DNA from: Anaeramoeba ignava BMAN | Taxonomy: Eukaryota > Protista > Anaeramoebae | Reading direction: 5' to 3' | NCBI GenBank assembly: GCA_028826165.1 | Contig: JAPDFW010000028.1 | Coordinates: 4,507 to 68,506 of the forward strand | DNA length: 64,000 bases | In this document: positions 53,601 through 64,000 of the stretch, piece after piece | How the letters are laid out: each line of letters starts with the position of its first letter | Position numbering within the stretch: the stretch's first letter is position 1 | Notes under the pieces: model-generated | What the model was told of the DNA's origin: nothing | The model's input: only the letters and a program-made list of their open reading frames with translations | Databases searched by the model: none | Program-made: the position numbers and the translations under genes

Positions 53601-54850
53601 TTATAATTAAATTTATAATTAAATTTATAATTAAATTTATAATTAAATTTATAATTATATTTATAATTAAATTTATAACTAAATTTATAACTAAATTTAT
53701 AACCAAATTTATAATTAAATTTATAATTAAATTTATAACTAAATTTATAACTAAATTTATAATTAAATTTATAATTAAATTTATAATTAAATTTATAATT
53801 AAATTTATATTTAAATTTATAATTAAATTTATAATTAAATTTATAATTAAATTTATAATTAAATTTATAATTAAATTTATAATTAATTTTTAATTAAATT
53901 TATAATTAAATTTATAAATAAATTTATAATTAAATTTATAACTAAATTTATAATTAAATTTATAATTAAATTTATAATTAAATTTATAACTAAATTTATA
54001 ACTAAATTTATAATTAAATTTATAATTAAATTTATAATTAAATTTATAATTAAATTTATAATTAAATTTATAATTAAATTTATAATTAAATTTATAATTA
54101 AATTTATAACTAAATTTATAATTATATTTATAATTAAATTTATAAATAAATTTATAATTAAATTTATATTAAAATTTATATTAAAATTTATAATTAAAAT
54201 TTATATTTAAAATTGAAATTAAAATTGAAATTAAAATTTATATCAAAATTTATATCAAAATTTATATTTAAATTTATATTTAAAATTGAAATCAAAATGG
54301 AAAATAGATAAAAATTATTAAGGAAAAATATGAATCTTTAAAAACATCATTGGAAAAAATGGCACAATCAAGAACAACTTATGGAATAATTGAAGATGAA
54401 ATCCGAAGACGAAAAAACAATCTAAATAAAATGAAAATCACAATAGAAAAAATGGATCAAGAATTTTCAAAAGGAGTTCAAGAAAAACACACTCAAATAG
54501 CTTTTGGAGAAGAAACAGAACAAACAAAAAACTTGACAAATGATGAACTTTTACAGATGCAAAAAGATACAATGAACACTCAAGACCAACATTTGGATCT
54601 TCTTTCAAATACAATCAGAAAACAAAAAGAAATTGGATTAGAAATCAATGATGAACTTGATATTCAATCAAAATTATTAGATGACATGACAACTGATGTT
54701 GATAGAGTTGACCATAAATTGGAACATCAAACTGGTAGAATTGGTAAACTAATGAAAAGTACTAGAAATAGATGGATTATGATTTGTGTTTGCATTTTGA
54801 TTGCTCTTGTTATCTTTCTTGGTGTTACTAAAGGTGGAACAAAATTTTGA
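50665..54850 (+). CDS. STX8: Qc-SNARE, syntaxin-8/SYP5-like, with C-terminal TM; 2 exons
   Basis: Exon 1 50665-50820 (ESWLDNF...) and exon 2 54308-54850 with EIRRRKN, QDQHLDLLSNTIRKQKEIGLEINDELDIQSKLLDDM and a TM helix. Confidence 0.88.
50821..54307. repeat. 3.5-kb intron made of a 12-bp tandem repeat (TTTATAATTAAA)n and variants
   Basis: Array spans nearly from the donor (50821) to the acceptor (54306-54307). Confidence 0.93.
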
Positions 54851-55100
54851 TTTAATTTTCATTTTGATTTATTTTCATTTTCATTTTCATTTTCATTTTG
54901 ATTTTGATTTTCATTTTCATTTTCCAAAAAAAAGAAAGAAATTAAAGAAAGAAAAAGAAAAAGGGAAATTTTTGAAATAAATTTTCTTGATTCAAAAAAG
55001 TGGAAAAAAAAAAAAGATTTTCCTTTTTTGTTTTTCATTTTTTTTTTTTTTCATTTTATTCATTTTTTTGCTTTTCAAAAAAAAAAGCCAATTAGAATTA

Positions 55101-57330
55101 ATGAAAAAGAAACTTGTTTTAATTTGTTTTTGTTTTTGTTTTTGTTTTTTCTTAATTTCATCTGCTCAAAATCAAGTTATTTTGAAAAATTCCTTTTATT
55201 TGCCAAATGGAATCACAAATCCTGTTTTATCTTTATTTGATGAAATGAATAATGTTGTTTATTTTATTAATATTGGCATGGATCTTAATTTAAATCCAAA
55301 AAGTGAAATTTATAAATTTAATTCAACAAATCTTGAGTTTCTTGAATCAACTAATTTAGGGAATCGAATAACAACTGGAATTATTGATGAATTACATCAA
55401 ATGATTTATTTTGGAGCAGTTCAACATCAAGATGAAAGCAATTTTCCACAAATCATTCAATTTGATTTACTATCTTTTTCAATCAACAATTGTCTCAATT
55501 TTACTTCATTCCCAAATTTGGAATTCGTTGATTCTCAAGTTGATGTTTTCCATTCAAAAGGCTATTTCATTCTTTCTTGTTTTTTTCTTCATTATCCTCA
55601 TATATTCAAAATTGATTTGCAAAATTTTGAATTTGATTCAAATGCAACCATTTATTCATATTCCAATATTTTAGGATCAGCTATTGATATTTTAAATCAA
55701 AATATTTACATTTTCTCACATAATAAGGAGGTAGTTTCAACTATGGAAATCCAGAAGTTTCATTTGACAAATTTATCAAAAACTGGAACACTTTTCTTAG
55801 ATGAACATGCAATAATGTTGGAGAGCATTTATGCAGATATTGATTCTTCAAGAAATCTAATGTATGCTGCAATGGTTTCTACTGCGTCATCTTTTTTAAT
55901 TGTGAAAGTAAATTTGGATGATTTCTCAGTAGATGATCATTTAATTCTGCAATCAACTAATTACTGGGGATTTTCTGGAGGAGGAATTGATGAATTGAAT
56001 CAATTAGGTTATTTCATGATTTATGGAAATTGTTCCATTTATCAAATTGATCTATCTACATTTAGATATATTCAAGAATTTAGCTTTTCAAATGGGTTCA
56101 GTGCAGTATCTTTCGATTCACAAACCACTCATGCTTATATTGGATTCTATAATTCAACAACTATTGATTTTGATTTATTAAAATTCGAAGTAGATCAATC
56201 GCGTTTTGTGCAAAATTTCCAAGATCCTTCAGTAATTTTAATTGATGAACCAAAAGAAATGTCTTATATTGGATTTGGTTCTGGTTTTGGATTAGTTGCA
56301 AGAATTGATATCTCTTCTTTCCAGTTAATAAGCCATTTGACAACTGGTAATTCTTCTGATCAAATTAATTTTGGAGAGATCGATTCTTCAGGTGGATTTG
56401 CTTATTTTTTTATCAATTGTACAACTTCTTCTCAATCAATCCCAAAAATTATGAAAGTTGAATTATCCACTTTTTCAATTTCAGAAAACAAAATGATTGA
56501 TTCAAATGGATCAATCGAAGCAACTTCCTTTGATATCCAGAACCATTTCCTTTATGTTGGATATTTAAATTTTTCTGATCAAAATGGGGCAATTCTCAAA
56601 ATCAATTCATCTGACTTAGAAATTTATGGTTATTTTTTCATTTCCGATTTGAGGCAATTCCAAAAATTATTTCTTGATTCTTCAACCAAAATTCTTTATT
56701 CATTTTTGTATGTTAACAATTCAATCGGTTTTTGGCTTGATTTGATTAAAATTGATCTGGAATCTTTTAGTCAAATTTCTCATTTAGATTTAACAAATTA
56801 CTATCCAATTAATGGAACTGTATTTGATTCAATTCATCAATACATTTTTTTTCAATCTCCATATCAAAGGATAAAAACTAAAATTTGTAGAATACATTTA
56901 ATTGAAATGGAAGTATTCGATGATTGTCTTTTAGTTGATCAGGACGAATGGAATTTTCAGCATTCATTTCTTGATTCAACTCAAACTTATGCCTTTTTTT
57001 TACTCAATCATCCTTCAAACATGCACAGTTCTTATTTAATTCAAATTACTGCAAATCCCTTTCAAATACTTAATCAAACCCATTGGGATTATCCTTTTAA
57101 TATTTCTGCTCTTGATTTTTCAAAAAATTATCTTTATTCAACAAATTTAGTTGATTTTGGAGGAAATGCTAAGGAAATGGTTTTGTTTTACCAAATTTCT
57201 CTTCCAAATCCAACTCCAATCCCAAATACTTCAAATCAAAAATCATCTAAATCAATTATTATTATTCTTTCAACAATTATTCCAATTTTAATAATAATTT
57301 CTTTAATTGTGATTTTCTTAATTTTGAAAA
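55101..57330 (+). CDS. Signal-peptide, beta-propeller-like (YncE/YVTN-type repeats) single-pass surface protein
   Basis: MKKKLVLICFCFCFCFFLISSAQ; ~45-50 aa repeats xxIDxxxQxxYF...IxKxDLxxF; PNPTPIP stalk, TM helix, then polybasic KKKIKKKKK. Confidence 0.75.
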
Positions 57331-60300
57331 AGAAAATTAAAAAGAAAAAGAAAATTATTGAAAGAAAAGAATCAAAAAAATATCAAAAAATCAAAAAATC
57401 AAGTAAATGTTCTCTTTTCTTTAAACCAATTTTGAAATGGATTGGAAAACCAAATTTTCTTGATTTTGTTGGAGATGATGTTATTTGGAGATCTCTTACA
57501 GTTATTTTACTTTCTACTTTTTTCATTTTTACATTTGGAGTTGCAATTAGATATTTACTTGAATCAACAAAAATTAATGAAGATAAAATTGGGATAAAGT
57601 AATTTATTTATTAATTATTTAATAATTATTTATTTAATATTTAAAAAACAAAAAATTTAGTTTGAATTTCTTTAAATTTCCAAATGAAACTGAACTTTAT
57701 TATTTCCAAACTTTTAGTACTGAAGTAAATTAATTGATATTTATTTAATTCTTCTTTTATTTTTTTTTTGTAAATAATTTAATTTAATTTATTCTTTTAT
57801 TCTTTTATTTTCTTATTTTCTTATTAGTTAAGAGTTTCCAAAAAATATAAAAGTGATGGAGTCAAAAATTGTAAAGTAAATGTAAGTGCATATTCTTTAG
57901 ATTCAAGTCGAAAATTATGGAGGAAATGATTTAAGTTTAATGGAAATGAAAGAATATTTAAAAAATGAAATTACAATATCAGGAGATAAAATTCAATATT
58001 CTGATGAAGATGGATTTGTAAAATTTTCAAATCTTTCAATTATTTCAGGAACAAGTCAAACAATTAATTTAACATTTTTTGCTGAATGTGGAATTGAAAG
58101 TGAAAATGAATTTAAAAAGAATGGACCTTGTAAATATTATTTATTTTAATTATATTAATTCAATTAAATTTTAAATTAATTTTAAATTAATTTAGCTCAA
58201 AATATTTCATTAAATTCAATTTCTTCAAATACAACAACATCTCAAATTTCTTTTCCATTTTCAATGAAACCCATAAGTAATTCATTAATTTAATTCAAAA
58301 TCAATTTAATTTTCATTCATTTATTAAAAATATTCTTTTATTTCTTCGGTTTAGTTGATAAATTTTATTTTGCAAAAAATGGATCTTTTGATAATCAAAC
58401 ATTCAATTTTGGAGAAGAAATTCCACTACTTTTTGGATTTAATTTTGTTGAAATATATTTAAAAAATCAAATTTATTTGAATAATATTTCAATATTTCCA
58501 ATTACAACAAATAGAACTTGGTTTTATCCTGAATATGAATCTTATTGTAAAAAAAAAAAATTAAATTAAATTAAAACAATTAATTCTAATTTAAACTTAA
58601 ATAGTTTTTGTCAATTTAACTTCATCTTCTTCTTATTCAAATGCTTTATTTCCATCAATTCAAATTATCTATTTATTAAGTGGAGCAACTTCAACAAAAA
58701 TGAATTTAACAACTTTTTATGAAGGAAACCAAATCCAAATTTATAATTCTTCACAAAATTCTTATTTAACTGAAAATTATTTTAATTTGAATCTTGAAAC
58801 AAATGGTTTGAATTTTAAATTTAAATTTAAATTTAATTTTTTAATTTTAATTTTCAATTTAATTTTCAATTTTAAAAAATAGTTTCCAAAATTGAAATTA
58901 ATGAAAATGGATCTTTTATTGTAAAAGAAGGAGAAATATTTTCAAAACCTTGGGAAATTATTGTTAAAGATAATGAAAATAAAACAATTCAAAATAAACC
59001 TGTTTTTGCAAAAATTTCTAAACAATGTAATTTTGAAATTTCAGAAAATCAATCTCCTATTGAAAATTCAAAAGTTCTTTTAAATCCTATTTCTTTTACA
59101 AATGAATTTGGAATGTAAAACAAATTTTAAAAACACAAAATTAACAAAAAATAAATTTTTAATTCAAATTATTTTTTGGAATTATTTTTTAGAGCAACTT
59201 TTTCAAAATTAAAATTTTCAATTTCAGGATTAACAAAAAATAATTGTTCATTTAAAATTAAATTTATTTCAGATGGAATTTCTATTGAAACTGATAATAT
59301 TCAAGTTAATTCTTCAATGAATAGAATTATTTGGATTGAAGAACATCACCAAACGAAAATAATTAATATTACTAAAGATTTTAAAATAATAAGTAATGAT
59401 ACTTGGCCTGTTATTCAAGTTCAAAAATGAATTTGGAAAAGGAATTCCAAATAAATTAATTTCTTTAAATTGCTCAGATTTTTACATTTCAACCTTATAA
59501 ATTTATCACAAATCAAAATGGATTTGTTTCTTTTATATTTAGATTTTGCTTTTAATTCTTCATAATAATTTTAATTATTATTATTATTCTTCTAATTGTT
59601 CGGTTATTGTTGATGGAATTGAATCAGAAAAAATTAGTATTGGAATTGAAACTACTAAAGATGATTATCGAAAGTTTGATTGGAGTTCAATTTCCAAAAT
59701 TAATATAACAGATTGGAATGAAAATATAAAATCAGGAGAATTGATAAATTTGAATATTTCTATTGTAAATCATCAAGGGAATATTACTTTAAATCAAAAT
59801 TATAATTTAATAGGATTTATTAATCCAGGAGATTTACCAATGGGATATTTAATTTATCCTGAAGAAGGATATTGGAATATTATAAATGGAACAGAAATAA
59901 TTTCAACAAGAATTTATGGAATTTCAATGAGAACTGAATTATGTTTAGTAGTTGGAAAAGATTATATTCCTGATTTTGAAAATTATGATTGGAAAGAATG
60001 CTTTGAAATGAGTTTATCAAATGATATTGAAAAAGTTGAAATTTCTCATTTTCCAAATCCAAATCAAAATTTTACATCTGGTCAACCTTTTGGAAATGAA
60101 TCAATCAAATTGAATATAACTGGGAATAATATTTCAGAAAATAATTTAACTGTTCATATTCTTGCTTTAAATTCAAATAATTATTATGGAAAACTTTTTG
60201 GAGGAAATTCAAGTGAAACAGTAAAAAATGAATCAAATAATTTATATCAATCAAATTATACATTAAATGGAACAGGTTTTTATTTTTATTTTTATTTTTA

Positions 60301-63300
60301 TTTTTAATTCAAATTCAAATTAAATTTTTTGTATTTTTTATATTTAAATTAGATTTAATTTTGGATAATTTTATAATCAATCAACAATCAATTTATGATT
60401 CAAATAATAATCAATTCATTCCTTTCAATTTAACGATTTTTGTAAATGGAGTTCCTTCAAATTCAGAAATTCCTGTTAAACTTTGTTTTCCTCATCAATC
60501 TTTGAATTTAAATTTAACTTGGGATATACCTATTACATTTGTATCAGGATATAACAAAATTCCTTCTCAACCAATTTTACAAATTACAAATTCAACAGGA
60601 GAACCAATTCAAGGATTTTATGCTTTTTTTTCAATTTTGAATGATTCAGGTGAAGTAATAGATTCCAATACAGAAATAATTGGAGATATTTTAAGTATAG
60701 CTCCTTCAAATGAAACTGGATATGTAACTTGGAATATTTCTTTTCTCAAAATTAATTACACAGAAATGATTAATGGAATATTTTGGATTGCAGATTGTGA
60801 ATATCCAACTCTTTATAATAATTCAAATAAGATGGAAGTGGATTTGTATGTTCAAATTGAAGAATTTAATTGGCAATTTTTTGATATTCCTTCTCAAATA
60901 GTTTATAATCAATCTTTCCCAATTTCTCCAAAAGTTCTTGTTTCAAATCAAAATATAAGTGAATCAATTTCCAATAAATATATTATTCTCCAAATGCAGA
61001 ATAATTCTGATAATACTCAATATCTTGATATCAAAACAGAAATTACAAATGAAAATGGAATTGCAACATTTTCAAATTTATTTTTGGATTTAGAAGAAGG
61101 AATAGAAGAAATAAATATTCAATTTGTTTGTGATGATAAATCTTATTCACAAAATATAACAGTTCTTTTATGAACCAACTAATATTCTAATTTTAAGTTC
61201 TGCAATTGATTCTAAAATTGGAATTCCATTTACTTTTCCCTAATCAAGCAATAGCATTTAATAACAAGAGTTATTTAGGTTCATTTGTTGTTCAACTTTT
61301 TTCTTTTTCAATTCCAATTTCTGGAAAACCAATAACTGCTAAATTAATTTCACAAAATTCAGAAAATGGGAAATTAGATCCATCAACTTCACTTGAAATA
61401 ACTGATGAAAATGGAATTGCAGTTTTCAATTTAAGAATGGAATCAGGAAATTCAGGAAATTATCAAATTAAATTTTCTTATTTAAATTCAATTTCTATTA
61501 CAAGTGATCCAATTTATATTGAAAATCCAATTAAAAACGTAATTTTTAATAAACCAAATTTTCTAAAGGAAGTGGCAATTGGAAATACATTTTCAGCAAC
61601 AATTAAAATTGAATTTTTAAGAGATACAGAAGATTTTGAAAATATTTCTTTTCCAATTAATATTATTACAAAATGCTCAAATGCTTCTGGTTCTATTGAT
61701 AATATTGTTAAAAACCAAATCATGAAATGATTTTAAACAATTTGAAATTTGATTCAGTTTCAGGAGATTCAGAATGTTTGAATGAAGAAGGAAAAGTAAA
61801 AGCAGAAATTGCATTTTCAGTTTTAGGAATTCAATCAAATTTCCAAACAATTTTTAGTTACATCACCTGATAAAATTGTTATAACAAAAAGCAATTGATT
61901 CACTTAAACAATCTTTTTCTTTTTGGGCTGTTAGTTTATGTCTTATTTTCCCATTTGTTCTTAATTCAACAAAGAATCATAATATTATTACATTTCTTAT
62001 TGTTATTGGATTAATTATTGTTTTGATGGTTTATATTTCAAATTTAATTCCTAAACCAGATAAAATTGAAACAAGACAATTTGTTGCATTATCAATTTTT
62101 GAATCAATTCTTATTAGTCTTTCTCTTTTGATTTTATTGATTATTATTTTATCAAAATTTATTCCAAAATTTAGAAAATTAATTGAAAAAACATTTTTTA
62201 TTCATGAAAGAATATCAAATTATTTTATTCTTTTCAAAAGATTACTTCCAATAGGTGCAAACAAATCATTAAAATTTATTGAAATTGAAAAGGAATTTAT
62301 TGAGAAACAAAAACAATCAGAATCAGAATCAGAATTAGAAACAGAAACAGAAACAGAATTAGAAACAGAAACAGAAACAAGTGATTTTGAAAGAAATAAA
62401 AAAATTGAAAAAGTAATTGAAGAAATTGAATTAGAATCTGATTCACAAAATGAAAATGAAAATCAAAATCAAAATCAAATTCAAATTCAAAAACAAAAAT
62501 TGAAAACAAAAATCAAATATAAGAAAATTTCAGAATTAACAGAAACAGAAATTCAATTCCTTTTCCAAAAACATTCCCAAAATTTAGAAAATAAGAAAAT
62601 TATCAATTCATCACAATTTCAAAATCGAATCAAATCAAAAAATAAAATTTTCATTTTTTGGAATTGGATTATTGGATTATTCAAAAAATTAATCAAAAAA
62701 ATCAAATCAAAATTTGAAGATGAACCAAATCCACATCAAGAATATGAAAGTTATTTTGATTTCTATTATCCACAAAGAATGATTGTTTCATTTTGGCTTT
62801 GGATTGTATTAGTTATTTTATTGATTTTACTTATAACAAAATTAATAAGAAGTTCATGTTTAATTACTCAATTATATCGACAACAAGTTATTGGAAATGT
62901 TCAACAAAATCAATGTTTTGAAGATAAACCAAATGAGGGTGATTATTCAAATGCAATTTCAATTTATGGAGTTGAATTAATTCAAGAACTTGATTCAACT
63001 TATTCAAATAATCCAAATCCATTTCCCAATTCATTTTCAAGATTTATTTATTCATTTTCAAGAAACAAAATAAATCAAATTCTTAATGCAATATCAATTA
63101 CCTCAGGAATATCAGGATTAATTGCATTTATTATTCTTCTTTTACTTTTGGAGATCAATTTTCAAATTATATAAGAAAAGAATAATGCTTTTTAAGACAA
63201 GGTAAAAAACCATTTGCAGGATTTGATACAGCAGATCCAGTTAAAGTAACTTCATATACAAATTTACAAGTTTGGTTAGGATTAATTTCATTCTTTTTAG

Positions 63301-64000
63301 CTTGGGTTTTTGTTTTCATCATTTTATTTATTATTCCAGCAATTTATTGGTTTTATTTCAAAACAATTTCTTTATGGAGTTTTTAAATATTTCATATACT
63401 TTGCTTCAACACTGATTGTTTATCAAATTATTTTTGGATTTATTGCTCAAAAATAATGAGGAAATATTTCACTTATAAAAAAAGAAAATAACCGATCGAA
63501 CAGCATTTTCAATTTATGATTTTATTAAATTTTTATGACTATAATTTCAGGAGCAACTTTATCAATTAAAAATTATTAGGAATGGGAGGTGGATCAATTT
63601 TATCAATATTCAGACTTGATGATAAAAATCATTTGATGAATCTTATGCAGCAATGATGTTAATTGATCATGAAACAAATAATCCAATTCTAAGAATTTTT
63701 TCAAATTATTTAATTAATTTTGTTAATCAGAAAAAAATTATGTTTCAAAAAATATTTCCAAAAGGAATTAATCAAGATCTTTTAAACAAAAAAAAAAGAA
63801 CACAACTTACTTTTATTGAATATCATCCAATTTCTCATGAACCAATTCAAAAAGAAAAAATTAGAAAAATATTTTTATTTCTTCTTACACTTTCATCAAA
63901 TAAAAATTTAAAAGAATTAAGAAAAAAAGCACTTAAAATTGAAAAAAGAAGAAAAGAATTAAAAGAAAAAAAAGAAAAAGTTGAAAAATTAATTGAAAAA
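57331..64000 (+). CDS. Large multi-exon membrane protein with Big-1/Ig-like repeats and a STRA6-like polytopic C-terminus; many frameshifts; runs off the right edge
   Basis: Repeated TDENGIAxF/SDEDGFVKF motifs, many NxS/T sites, several TM helices, FYYPQRM and MLIDHETNNPILRIF (STRA6-like, recalled from memory). Confidence 0.5.

Noticed and set aside
19600-63700. Programmed frameshifting or an alternative genetic code to explain broken ORFs (MULE, CC2D1, NACHT, STRA6-like)
   Set aside because: Breaks mostly lie in homopolymers or microsatellites with no shared slippery motif, and TAA, TGA and TAG all end intact genes. Long-read indel errors or decay are more parsimonious.
1-64000. tRNA, rRNA or other structured RNA genes
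   Set aside because: No GC-richer non-coding island with cloverleaf or rRNA motifs was seen by eye; a covariance-model search was not possible.

Overview
Extremely AT-rich eukaryotic nuclear DNA with spliceosomal GT-AG introns and the standard genetic code. The gene families (ankyrin-BTB expansions, a GrpE with presequence, TCATTT Inr-like motifs) suggest an anaerobic metamonad protist such as Anaeramoeba, but this is inference only. Genes recognised: two tandem intronless ankyrin-BTB-BTB genes, organellar GrpE/Mge1, BTB-BACK-TLDc, a papain-family protease, a divergent Rab2-like GTPase, Uba3, a LARP4-like protein, a CH-domain protein, CC2D1/Lgd, a cAR-like GPCR, a NACHT-WD40-PH protein, syntaxin-8 and a beta-propeller/Ig/STRA6-like membrane locus. 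There is also a patch of gene remnants (TSET sigma/TSPOON, FYVE-like, bacterial-type AnmK) and a complete Mutator (MULE) transposon (54-bp TIRs, 8-bp TSD) inserted in a ~160-bp satellite. Many introns and spacers are filled with locus-specific tandem repeats. The standout is mostly invisible to the ORF track, which shows only its last exon: a minus-strand ankyrin-BTB gene at 24847-27868 with 24 predicted exons. Each ankyrin repeat core is one 96-nt phase-0 exon, and the variable beta-hairpin residues between repeats are encoded by chains of single-codon microexons (15 of 3 nt plus one of 6 nt). This could be a splicing-based way to tune a substrate-binding surface. Several single-base frameshifts sit in homopolymers and may be assembly errors.
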